A DNA stretch of 64,000 bases from contig JBJMMR010000052.1 of NCBI GenBank assembly GCA_045804645.1, forward strand, positions 39,405 to 103,404, read 5' to 3'. Positions within the stretch are counted from its first letter, which is position 1, and every line of letters begins with the position of its first letter. Source of the DNA: Chloroflexota bacterium. GTDB lineage: Bacteria > Chloroflexota > Limnocylindria > Limnocylindrales > CSP1-4. The position numbers and the translations under genes were made by a program. This document shows positions 45,386 to 53,619 of the stretch, piece after piece. The notes beneath the pieces were generated by a model. That model was not told the origin of the DNA. It was given only the letters and a program-made list of their open reading frames with translations, and did not search any database.

Positions 45386-46665
45386 CGGCCACTCTCGACG
45401 CCCGATCGCTCCGCCGACGCTTCCTCGCGCTGATCTCGCTGCGCTGGCTTCCGGTCGGCGTCCTGATGCCGATATTCGTGCTGGTCCCGCTGTCGCGTGG
45501 GCTGTCGCTCACCGAGATCGGGGTCATCTTCGCGTCGCAGGGGTTGGTCGTCCTCGCTCTCGAGCTGCCGACCGGCGGGCTTTCCGACGCCCTCGGCCGC
45601 AAACCCATCCTGTTGATCGCGTCGGCGGTGGCGATCGTGTCGATGGCCCTGTTCACGGTCGCCGACTCCGCGGCGCTGTTCATCGCGGCAATGGTTCTCC
45701 AGGGTGTCTATCGGGCGCTCGATTCGGGACCGCTGGAGGCATGGTTCGTCGACGCCACGCTCGTGGCGGACCCCGACGCCAAGATCGAGCACAGTCTCGG
45801 CCGCTCGTCGGCGGCCGCGAGCATCGCGATCGCGATCGGCTCGCTCCTGTGCGGTGGTCTCGTCGCGCTACATCCGATCGCCGGCGTCGACCCGCTGCTG
45901 CTGCCGCTCCTCGTCGCCCTCGCGCTCCACGTCGCGCGGCCGATCACGATCGCGGCATGGATGGTCGAGGAGCCACGGCCTCGCAACGCGGCGGCGATCG
46001 CAGCGTCGATCAGGAGCGTACCGGCGATCATCGGTCAGGGACTCGGCCTCCTGCGCTCCTCGCGCGTGTTGCTCGCGATCATCCTCGTCGAGGCGTCGTG
46101 GGGCGTGGCGATGGTCACGTTCGAAAGCCTGTTCCCGATCCGGCTCTCCGAGCTCGTCGGGGGAACCGACTCGGCCGCGGCGATCATGGGCCCGGTCGGT
46201 TCGGCAGCATGGTTCGCCTCGGCCGCCGGCGCGGCGGGCATCGCCATGGTCAGTCGACGGATCGGCGTCGCGCGGTCAGCCGCGCTGCTGCGCCTCGTGC
46301 AGGGCGCCACGATCATCGCGATGGGCGTGGTCGCGGGCGTCATCGGTGTCGTGTCGGCGTACCTCGCCTGCTATACCGCGCACGGTGCCTCCGACCCGAT
46401 GCACACCACACTGCTCCATCGACAGGTGGACGGCGCACACCGCACGACGGTGCTCTCGATGAACTCGATGGTCGGCCAGCCGGCCGCTGCGATCGGCGGC
46501 ATCGTCCTGGCGGCGCTCGCTGACGGCACGAGCGTTGCGGCGGCCATGGTCGTCGGCGGGCTGATCTGTGCCGCCGCCGCCCCGCTGTACCTGCCTGCGT
46601 TCCGACAGGAGCGGGCTCCGCGGATCACAGGCATCGAACGAGCTGCGGCAGCACTCACGACGTAG
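45382..46665 (+). CDS. MFS transporter
   Basis: 427 aa, about 12 TM. 4-nt overlap with the arsR-like gene. Confidence 0.8.
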   Translation: MTATLDARSLRRRFLALISLRWLPVGVLMPIFVLVPLSRGLSLTEIGVIFASQGLVVLALELPTGGLSDALGRKPILLIASAVAIVSMALFTVADSAALFIAAMVLQGVYRALDSGPLEAWFVDATLVADPDAKIEHSLGRSSAAASIAIAIGSLLCGGLVALHPIAGVDPLLLPLLVALALHVARPITIAAWMVEEPRPRNAAAIAASIRSVPAIIGQGLGLLRSSRVLLAIILVEASWGVAMVTFESLFPIRLSELVGGTDSAAAIMGPVGSAAWFASAAGAAGIAMVSRRIGVARSAALLRLVQGATIIAMGVVAGVIGVVSAYLACYTAHGASDPMHTTLLHRQVDGAHRTTVLSMNSMVGQPAAAIGGIVLAALADGTSVAAAMVVGGLICAAAAPLYLPAFRQERAPRITGIERAAAALTT

Positions 46666-46860
46666 ATCGACTGGGATCGCGCGGAAAATGAACGATTCGG
46701 CGCTGGCGAACGCCATATCTCATGCAAGCCCGCGGTCCATCCTCCTCCCTTGGGGCCGCGGGCTCGAGCGGCACTTGTCGTGAGGGCTCGGGCGCCCGCC
46801 TGGGGGGCGGCGCCCGAGGTCCCTCTCCCGCGACCGCCGGCTCCCCTAGACTCGGGCCCC

Positions 46861-48111
46861 GTGACGATCGAGGTCGCCGGCGCCCGCAGCATCCTTCGTG
46901 ATCCGGTCTTTGCGCGCCTGTGGTTCATCCAGGCCGCCAATCAGATCGGCGGCAACATGGCGCTGTACGCGCTGACCGTGCTCGTCTATTCGTCCACCCG
47001 TTCGAATAGCGCCGTCAGCGCGCTGCTCGTCTCCTTCGTCCTGCCCCAGATCGCGCTGTCACCGTTCGCTGGCGTCGTGGTCGACCGTCTCGACCTTCGG
47101 TGGGCGCTCATCGTCCCCAACGTGATCCGCACCGCGTTGACCGCCGGACTGGCGCTCGCCGGCACGAACATCGGGTTGGTCCTTGCCCTCAATCTCGGGG
47201 TGAGCCTCATGAGTGTCGCGCTCACGCCTGCCGAGGGGTCGATGATCCCGCGCGTCGTGCCGAAGGCACAGCTCGAGGTCGCGATGAGCGTGTTCAACCT
47301 GACGCTCCAGGCGTCGTTCGCGATCGGGTTCGCGTTCCTCGGCCCGGTGATGGTGTCGATGGCCGGACCGTCGTTCGTTCTCGGGGTCGTGACGGTGTTC
47401 TATGTCGCGGCGAGCCTCGCCTGCATCGGCCTGCCGAGCGCGCCACCGATCGAAGCGCCGGACGCCGACGGGCGGCGCACGATCGGCGATGTGATCCACG
47501 AGCTCCGCGAGGGGCTCGCGGTCGTGCGACGTGAACCGACGATCAGTCGGCCGATCCTGCTGCTGGCGACGGCGACCTCGGTCGCTAGTGTCCTCGGCGT
47601 CCTCGGCCCGTCGCTCGCTGTCAGCGTCGGGCTCGAGCCACAGAACCTCGCGGTCGTCGTGATCCCGCTCGGGATCGGCGTGGTCCTCGGCGTGTTCGGC
47701 CTGCGACGGTTCGGCGAAGGGTGGCCGCGGCGACGGGTCGCCGAGGCGGGCTTGCTCATCCTCGGGGCCGTCACCGCGGCACTCGCGGGGGCTGGCTGGC
47801 TCGACGAGTCGATGCGCGGCATCGGGATCGGCGTCGGCGCGTTACCGGTCGTGGTCGTGACGGCGATGGTCGCCGGGGCGGCGTACGCGGTCACGTCGGT
47901 GACGGCCCAGACGAACCTCACCGAATCGACACCAGCCGATGTCCGCGGCCGTGTGTTCGGCGTGCTCGCCTCGATCGTGTCCGCTGCTTCGCTGATCCCG
48001 TCGCTGGTGATAGGCCCGCTCGCGGACCGCCTCTCGACCGGCGCGGCGATCGCCATCGCCGGCCTGATCCTCGTCACGGTCGCTCTGTGGTCGATCCGGC
48101 GACACACCTAG
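46861..48111 (+). CDS. MFS transporter
   Basis: GTG start (VTIEVAGARSILRDPVFARLWFIQAANQIG...). About 12 TM. Confidence 0.8.
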   Translation: MTIEVAGARSILRDPVFARLWFIQAANQIGGNMALYALTVLVYSSTRSNSAVSALLVSFVLPQIALSPFAGVVVDRLDLRWALIVPNVIRTALTAGLALAGTNIGLVLALNLGVSLMSVALTPAEGSMIPRVVPKAQLEVAMSVFNLTLQASFAIGFAFLGPVMVSMAGPSFVLGVVTVFYVAASLACIGLPSAPPIEAPDADGRRTIGDVIHELREGLAVVRREPTISRPILLLATATSVASVLGVLGPSLAVSVGLEPQNLAVVVIPLGIGVVLGVFGLRRFGEGWPRRRVAEAGLLILGAVTAALAGAGWLDESMRGIGIGVGALPVVVVTAMVAGAAYAVTSVTAQTNLTESTPADVRGRVFGVLASIVSAASLIPSLVIGPLADRLSTGAAIAIAGLILVTVALWSIRRHT

Positions 48112-48154
48112 TCGACATACTTCTGTGCCCGAAGCAAGAAGGATGGAGGGATCG

Positions 48155-49396
48155 ATGGACGCAGCCCAGGTCCAGGCAGGCCCAACGACTCGCGCAGGAG
48201 GCGGTCCTCCTGGCTGGGTCGCGACGGCCCGAGATCTGTATCTCGTCGCGATGGCCGTATTCGTGGTCAACATCGTGATCGGGATCCTCAACGGCGCCGA
48301 TGCCGTCGAATTCGACCAGAACCAGATCCTGACCCACGTCCACGCGGGGACCGTCGGCTGGCTGACGCTGACGATCGTCGCGTCAACGTTCCTGCTGTTC
48401 CAGGCCGCCGATCGCCGGCTCATGGTCGCGCTCGCGGTCCTCGTCCCGATCTACGTCCTGGCCTTCTACACGGGCAACTTCGTGTTTCGAGCTATCGGCG
48501 GTGTCGCGCTGCTGATCGCGGTCGTCTGGCTGCTCGTCTGGGTGTGGCGGACGTTCCTTGCCTCTGAGCGGACGCTGCCGCGACTGGCGGTGACCTTGGG
48601 AATCACGAGCTTCGCGTACGGCGCACTGTTCGGCGTGCTGATCCAGATCACACGGGCGAGCGGCGTGAACATCCTCCCGGGCGACGCGATCGGGGCGCAC
48701 GCGAGCGCGATGACGTTCGGCTACCTCGTCCTCGCGGCGATGGGGTTCATCGAATGGCGGCTGCGGGGGACGCGCGACCTACCGACGCTCGGGATCGTGC
48801 AGGTCGTCGCACTGTTCCTCGGCGGTTTGGTGATCTCGCTCTCGTTGCTGGCCGGTGCAGCCCAGGCCGGTGGCGGGATCTACCTGCTCACGCAGCTGGT
48901 CGCGGTCGTGCTCTTCGTCGTCCGCATCTGGCCGCGAGCCCTTCGCGTCGACTGGGTGACCGCCCAGCCGATCCGTCATTTCGCGATCGCGTCGATCTGG
49001 GTCGTGTTCGCGCTCGGGCTGTTCATGTACATCGTCTTCTCCGTCATCACCGCGCCCGACCCGAACGATGCGAGCGCCCTTCCGGTCAACGTGCTGATCG
49101 CGAGCGACCACTCGGCATACATCGGCATCGTCACGAACGTCATGCTCGGGTTGCTGACGACGCTCCTCCTGCGAGCCGAGGTGCGCCGGTCGTGGATCGG
49201 GCAGGTCATGTTCTGGGGCGTGAACCTCGGCCTGATGGTCTTCGTGATCGGCCTGATCCTCGACTCGCCCGAAATCAAGCGGATCGGCGCCCCGGTGATG
49301 GGCATCGCGCTGCTGTTCTCACTAGCGGTCCTCGCCTGGACGACGCTGCGGGAGCCGCTGGAGGCCTCCGAGGCGGATCTCGAATACGCCACGTAA
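48155..49396 (+). CDS. polytopic membrane protein of unknown function with conserved His residues
   Basis: The ATG at 48155 is preceded by GGAGGG. About 12 TM, with His-containing helices (THVHAGTVGW, GAHASAMTFGY, SDHSAYIG). Family not recognised. Confidence 0.6.
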   Translation: MDAAQVQAGPTTRAGGGPPGWVATARDLYLVAMAVFVVNIVIGILNGADAVEFDQNQILTHVHAGTVGWLTLTIVASTFLLFQAADRRLMVALAVLVPIYVLAFYTGNFVFRAIGGVALLIAVVWLLVWVWRTFLASERTLPRLAVTLGITSFAYGALFGVLIQITRASGVNILPGDAIGAHASAMTFGYLVLAAMGFIEWRLRGTRDLPTLGIVQVVALFLGGLVISLSLLAGAAQAGGGIYLLTQLVAVVLFVVRIWPRALRVDWVTAQPIRHFAIASIWVVFALGLFMYIVFSVITAPDPNDASALPVNVLIASDHSAYIGIVTNVMLGLLTTLLLRAEVRRSWIGQVMFWGVNLGLMVFVIGLILDSPEIKRIGAPVMGIALLFSLAVLAWTTLREPLEASEADLEYAT

Positions 49397-49477
49397 GAGA
49401 CAGAGCCGCCGGGCGCCGTCGGCAGCTCCGGGTAGTTCCGAGTCGCGACCGCGGACCGCCGCGAAAGGGACCGCGGC

Positions 49478-49518
49478 GACGCGGCTCAAGGGACGCGGCC
49501 GACGCGGCTCAAGGGACG
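49478..49518. repeat. GC-rich short tandem repeats
   Basis: Perfect 18-mer GACGCGGCTCAAGGGACG at 49478-49495 and 49501-49518, read directly. Degenerate AAGGGACGGCGGC-type units continue to about 49556. Confidence 0.85.
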
Positions 49519-49581
49519 GCGGCCGAAGGGACGGCCGGCGAAAGGACGGCGGCGACGGGGCCGAAGCCCCGTGCGCCGTCT

Positions 49582-49609
49582 CGGAGATCGCCTGGGGGCT
49601 CGATCTCCG
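49582..49609. terminator. 9-bp stem hairpin CGGAGATCG / CGATCTCCG with a 10-nt loop
   Basis: Read directly. Followed by GGGGTTTG. Lies about 190 bp after the membrane-protein stop. Confidence 0.3.
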
Positions 49610-49834
49610 GGGGTTTGACCAGCGGGCTTCCCATCGTGCACCCGTCTGGTGGGGTCTGGTGCGGTGGGGTTGCGCGTTCGGTGACGGCGTGCACCACCTT
49701 CGGCGAAACCGGCCCGCCGGGGCCGTCGTCCCGGACGTCGCGAGCAGATAGACGACGATGCGTGATGGCGTGCGCGTCGTCCGGCCGGCGACTGTCCCGG
49801 TTGACGGTCCGCCTCGGCGGTCGGCCGCCAGTCG

Positions 49835-50236
49835 CTAGCCGGTAGCGGAACCCGTCCCCGCGAGAGCGTTCCGAGCCATCACCGGATCACTCGCGACGAA
49901 ACCGACCTCGATGTCGTTGCCTTGCATCCCGAGCAGCAGCACCGATTCGATGTTGACCCCGGCGCTTGCCAGCTGACGCGACGCCTTGGCGAGCGAACCA
50001 GGCTCGTGCCGCAGCGGGATCGACGTGATCTCCTTCTGCTCGAATTTCGCGCCGCTCTCGGCGAGGGCCGCACGTGTCTGCGCGTTGTCGTCGGTCGCGA
50101 TCGCGATCCGGGCGCTCTGGCCGCAGGTCGTGCCGCTGACACTTGTGATGTTGACGCCCTTGGCGGCGATGGCCTCGGTGATGTCCGCGAGCGCACCAGG
50201 CGTATCGGCGAGCTCGACCAGGAAGGCGTGCTGCAT
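49835..50236 (-). CDS. tandem ACT-domain protein
   Basis: Start at the internal ATG (MQHAFLVELADTPGALADITEAIAAKGVNITSV...), preceded by GGAGGAGC. The longer track ORF is an Arg/Pro-rich artefact. Confidence 0.7.
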   Translation of the reverse strand: MQHAFLVELADTPGALADITEAIAAKGVNITSVSGTTCGQSARIAIATDDNAQTRAALAESGAKFEQKEITSIPLRHEPGSLAKASRQLASAGVNIESVLLLGMQGNDIEVGFVASDPVMARNALAGTGSATG

Positions 50237-50349
50237 CTCGACGCTCCTCCACACCTCGGCCCGTCCGAGGACCATAGCGAGCGGCGCCTCGAGGGCGGGT
50301 CGGGAGTCTGTCGATTCTACGCTCGAGGTCCAGGTGGGTCTCGGCGGCC

Positions 50350-50382
50350 GGCGTCGCCTCGGGCGGGCGTCGCCTCGGGCGG
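50350..50382. repeat. 16-bp tandem repeat GGCGTCGCCTCGGGCG x2
   Basis: Read directly. A degenerate third copy lies near 50410-50431. Confidence 0.8.
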
Positions 50383-50466
50383 AAGCCCCTCGTGCCGGAT
50401 GCCCCTTGGGCCGGCGTCGCCTTGCGCGGGCTCCGCCGGGGGAACGCGCTCCGCCGGGAGATCGGT

Positions 50467-50613
50467 CCGCCCGTGTTACTTCACGTGTTACGACTGACAC
50501 CGGAACCAGCCCAGGTCGGGACCTTGGCCCGCATCCGTAACAAGTGATGTACCAAACGGCGGTCGAGGGCGATTTCCTTCGTCAGTCGTAACAAGTGATG
50601 TACCAAACGGCGG
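50467..50613 (+). repeat. composite inverted-repeat module 1
   Basis: Contains units A1 (50467-50498, reverse), A2 (50530-50562, forward) and A3 (50581-50613, forward). Unit consensus is GTCAGTCGTAACAnGTGATGTAaCaAACGGCGG. The outer units form about 32-bp terminal inverted repeats. Confidence 0.85.
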
Positions 50614-50696
50614 GCGAAGGAGGCTCTCGGGTGCGGCTAGCGGGCGCGGCTCGGGGAAGCGCTTCCTCGGGTTCCGATCCGCTCGGACCCACCCAA

Positions 50697-50842
50697 CTCG
50701 CCTGTTACATCACGTGTTACGGCTGTCGGCTGAAGCGCCTTTTGGAACCACCTTGGCCGTCACTCGTAACACGACATGTTCCAAACAGCCGAGAAGGTCA
50801 CTCTCCTTCGTCAGTCGTAACAAGTGATGTACCACCGGCGCG
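50697..50842 (+). repeat. composite inverted-repeat module 2
   Basis: Contains units A4 (50697-50727, reverse), A5 (50759-50791, forward) and A6 (50810-50842, forward). Same architecture as module 1. Spacers share GGAACCA...CCTTGGCC and CCTTCGTCAGTCG. Ends 48 bp before the XRE ATG. Confidence 0.85.
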
Positions 50843-50889
50843 AAGGACGGGATGAGTGCTGGGTAACCGTCCCGCGCCATCGTGGACTC

Positions 50890-51546
50890 ATGCCGACCTG
50901 GGACACTCGAGCGCAACGCGGTTCGCAGCGCGGAGACCTCCTGCTGCGCCGACTCGGCGAGGAACTCCTCGGCGCCCGGATGGCAGGCGGTCTGAGCAGT
51001 CGTGCCGTTGCGGCACTCGCCGGGATCTCCCACGTTCAGGTGATCCGGATCGAGCGTGGCCTCGCTCCGCACGTCGATGTCGGACTACTCGCTCGGCTGT
51101 CCGCCGTTCTCGGCCACGAGCTCAGCCTCCGGATCCACCCGGTCGGTCCGCCGGTGCCGGACAAGGCCCACGTCGCGCTCCTCAAACGGTTCGCGGCCCG
51201 ACTCGGGCCCACCATCAGGTGGCAGACCGAGGTTCCGATCCCCCTCCCCGGCGACCTCCGCAGCGCGGACGGCGTGGCGACCGCCGAGGCCGAAGACTTC
51301 GATGCGATCGTCGAAGCTGAGACCCGCCTTCACGATGTCCAGGCAACGGAACGCCGGCTCAGGACGAAGCAACGGGACCTCGGGACGAAACGCGCGATCC
51401 TTCTCGTAGCTGACACGCGCCACAACCGCCGCGTCATCGCCGCAATACCGGACCTCGACCGACAGTTCCCCATCAGCACACGGGCCTGCGTGGCCGCGCT
51501 CAAGGCCGGTCGAGACCCAGGCGCCGACTGCCTCGTCATCCTCTAA
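50890..51546 (+). CDS. XRE-family HTH regulator with an uncharacterised C-terminal domain
   Basis: HTH: LSSRAVAALAGISHVQVIRIERG. The C-terminal half carries D...EAETR and LLVADTRHNR patterns. The start is uncertain: ATG 50890 is preferred, since the upstream GTG/ATG at 50824/50827 lie inside repeat unit A6. Confidence 0.75.
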   Translation: MPTWDTRAQRGSQRGDLLLRRLGEELLGARMAGGLSSRAVAALAGISHVQVIRIERGLAPHVDVGLLARLSAVLGHELSLRIHPVGPPVPDKAHVALLKRFAARLGPTIRWQTEVPIPLPGDLRSADGVATAEAEDFDAIVEAETRLHDVQATERRLRTKQRDLGTKRAILLVADTRHNRRVIAAIPDLDRQFPISTRACVAALKAGRDPGADCLVIL

Positions 51547-51557
51547 CGTGAGTAGCC

Positions 51558-52253
51558 ATGACCGTTACCGCCGTCCGCGACCTGCCGCAGCCCGATGCCG
51601 TGATCTTCGATCTCGACGGCACCCTCGTCGACACCGTCGAGACGCGCATCCGCGCGTGGCTCCAGACATTCGAAGAGATCGACATTCCCACGACCCGGAA
51701 CCAGCTCGTTCCGCTCATCGGTCTTGATGGAAAGCGACTGGCGCGCGAGGTCAGTGCGCTCGCCGGCCAGCCGATCGACGACGACCGTTCCGAGGTGATC
51801 GACAAGCGTTGCGGCGAGATCTACGAAGGCCTCAATAGCGACCCTCGGCCGCTGCCCGGCGTGCGACGGCTGTTCGACACGATCGATGCCCGCGGCCTTC
51901 GCGCCGCGATCGCCACATCGAGCCGCAAGGAGCAGGTCAAGACCTCTGTCGATGCCCTTGGGCTCGCGAGGGAGCCCACCATCGTCGATGCGAGTCACGT
52001 GGAGAACGCCAAGCCCGAACCCGACCTGCTGCTGCGTGCCGCGGAGGAGCTTGGGATCGACCCATCGCGCGCCTGGTACGTCGGCGATTCGACGTGGGAC
52101 ATGGTCGCCTCGGCCGCCGCAGCGATGATCCCGCTCGCGGTCACGGCGGGCTCCGTCGTAAGCCGCGAGGCGCTCGAGGGAGCGGGCGCCGCCATCGTGG
52201 TCGCGACGCTCGACGAGATTGCCGATGCCTTGACGCCGCCCGCCGGCGTCTGA
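51558..52253 (+). CDS. HAD-superfamily hydrolase (phosphatase)
   Basis: Motif I VIFDLDGTLVDT and motif IV GDSTWD. Confidence 0.85.
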   Translation: MTVTAVRDLPQPDAVIFDLDGTLVDTVETRIRAWLQTFEEIDIPTTRNQLVPLIGLDGKRLAREVSALAGQPIDDDRSEVIDKRCGEIYEGLNSDPRPLPGVRRLFDTIDARGLRAAIATSSRKEQVKTSVDALGLAREPTIVDASHVENAKPEPDLLLRAAEELGIDPSRAWYVGDSTWDMVASAAAAMIPLAVTAGSVVSREALEGAGAAIVVATLDEIADALTPPAGV

Positions 52254-52366
52254 TCACCCGTCCGGCGCTTGGGCGTGGCGGCGCAACCCCGCCGCGTGTG
52301 ACTCCGCCCGCGGGCGTGGGGACCGGCCGGGCGTAACGCGCCCCCCGGCGTCTGACCCCGCCGCGC

Positions 52367-53080
52367 CTACCGCGCCCGCGCCTCGCGTAGCGCCTCTGCC
52401 ACTCCCCGATCCCAGGGGTCGCCGTGCCCGACGAGCAGCCAGCGGGCTTCGATCGCGTCCAACCGCGCCCATGACGCCTTGGCCGTCTCGGGGTCGAGCG
52501 TGAACGGTGCGATCGCCGGCCCTGTCTCTCCGGTCAGCACGCTTCGTGTCGTGAAGCTGTCGCCGACGAAGACGGCATCGACCGCCGGGATGTGGATCCC
52601 GACGCTTCCCGGCGTGTGCCCGGGCATATGCATCACGCGCGGCGAGCCGGGGAGGTCGAGCGTCGCCCCATCGTCGACCGGAACGAGCTCTGTGATCGGC
52701 GGGATCCGCAGGCCGCCGTTCCGGCCCGTGTACCAGAGGAACCCGAGCAACGCGCCGACCTTCACGGGCCCCCACCCTGACATCGGTTTGCTCACGTCGC
52801 CTCGCGCGCGCGGGACATCGGCGGCGTGGACGTACACGGGGACGCCGCGTTCCCGGCGTAGACGCTCGGCGAATCCGACGTGGTCCGTGTCGCCGTGAGT
52901 CAGCACGACACCTCGAACGTCGTCGATCGATCGACCCATCGCGGCAAGTTCGCCCGGCAGCTGGTTCCAGTAGCCAGGCAAGCCCGCGTCGATCAGCGTG
53001 ACGCCCGTCTCGTCCGCAACGAGGTAACTGTTCACGAGCGTCGAGCCGCCGAGCCGATGCAGGGACGGTGCCAATCGCAT
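52367..53080 (-). CDS. MBL-fold metallo-hydrolase
   Basis: Has VVLTHGDTDHVGF (HxHxDH-type variant) and further downstream His residues. Confidence 0.8.
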   Translation of the reverse strand: MRLAPSLHRLGGSTLVNSYLVADETGVTLIDAGLPGYWNQLPGELAAMGRSIDDVRGVVLTHGDTDHVGFAERLRRERGVPVYVHAADVPRARGDVSKPMSGWGPVKVGALLGFLWYTGRNGGLRIPPITELVPVDDGATLDLPGSPRVMHMPGHTPGSVGIHIPAVDAVFVGDSFTTRSVLTGETGPAIAPFTLDPETAKASWARLDAIEARWLLVGHGDPWDRGVAEALREARAR

Positions 53081-53093
53081 GTCGTTCCCTCCC

Positions 53094-53483
53094 CTACCGG
53101 CGCGACGCGGTCGACGGCCGGAGGGCCTGCACAGCGTCGTGGCCGATGACCACGATCGCGAGCCAGTCGATGACGATGACGGCCGCGAACACGATCGCGA
53201 GCCGCGGTTGACCGGCGCTCGCGAGCCCCGCGGCTGCGACGAGCAAAAGGATCGTTCCGACCATGTCGCGACCCTGGTGGCTCAGTCGATTGTCCGCCTT
53301 CGGTGCGACGACGAACGCCCAGAACACGATCAGCGCGCCTGCCGCACCGGCGGCGAGGACGATCCGCCCGATCCCATCGAAGCCGACCTGCCAACCCCAG
53401 TACGCGACCGCGGCGATCCCGAGGAGCTCGACGATGAAGCGGATCGCCAATGCCGCCACTCCCACGACCTTCAGTCCTTGCAC
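53094..53483 (-). CDS. small 4-TM membrane protein (DUF2568/YrdB-like)
   Basis: 129 aa, hydrophobic. GTG start. Divergent from the tetR gene. Confidence 0.55.
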   Translation of the reverse strand: MQGLKVVGVAALAIRFIVELLGIAAVAYWGWQVGFDGIGRIVLAAGAAGALIVFWAFVVAPKADNRLSHQGRDMVGTILLLVAAAGLASAGQPRLAIVFAAVIVIDWLAIVVIGHDAVQALRPSTASRR

Positions 53484-53517
53484 TGTCTCCTCGCTTGCGC
53501 TACCTTTTCGCCGTCAT

Positions 53518-53556
53518 GGCTATGCTACATAGCTTTCATGGCTAATGTCAATAGCC
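53518..53556. promoter_or_regulatory. two candidate TetR operators
   Basis: GGCTATGCTACATAGCT (53518-53534) and GGCTAATGTCAATAGCC (53540-53556). Both lie in a locally AT-richer divergent intergenic region. Confidence 0.5.
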
Positions 53557-53619
53557 CTAGCCGGCGCGAAACGACAGCAAGACCACCACGCCCAGACGGG
53601 CCGACAACGAGGGAACCAC

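Noticed and set aside
48754-49845. 363-aa plus-strand ORF spanning the end of the membrane-protein gene and the repeat-rich gap
   Set aside because: It is in a different frame and overlaps a well-supported TM-protein gene. The product is Arg/Pro/Gly-rich and runs through tandem repeats.
50467-50842. CRISPR array hypothesis for the repeated ~33-bp units
   Set aside because: The units occur in both orientations with irregular spacing (about 50, 60 and 118 bp). The supposed spacers are themselves conserved between modules. No cas genes are present.
50595-50855. 86-aa ORF (MMYQTAGEGG...), and the MMYHRREGRD extension of the XRE gene from 50824
   Set aside because: Both begin at the GTGATGTACC core of repeat units A3 and A6. 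GC3 of the 86-aa frame is clearly lower than in real genes here (roughly two thirds versus nearly all codons). The frame simply runs through non-coding repeats. An AAGGAGG-7nt-GTG at 50617-50633 inside it is noted but lies in the same doubtful frame.
52241-52347. Direct repeat CCGGCGTCTGA(T/C)C at the HAD gene stop and 96 bp downstream
   Set aside because: It is short (about 11-13 bp) and GC-rich, lies between convergent genes, and could easily be chance. No associated structure was seen.
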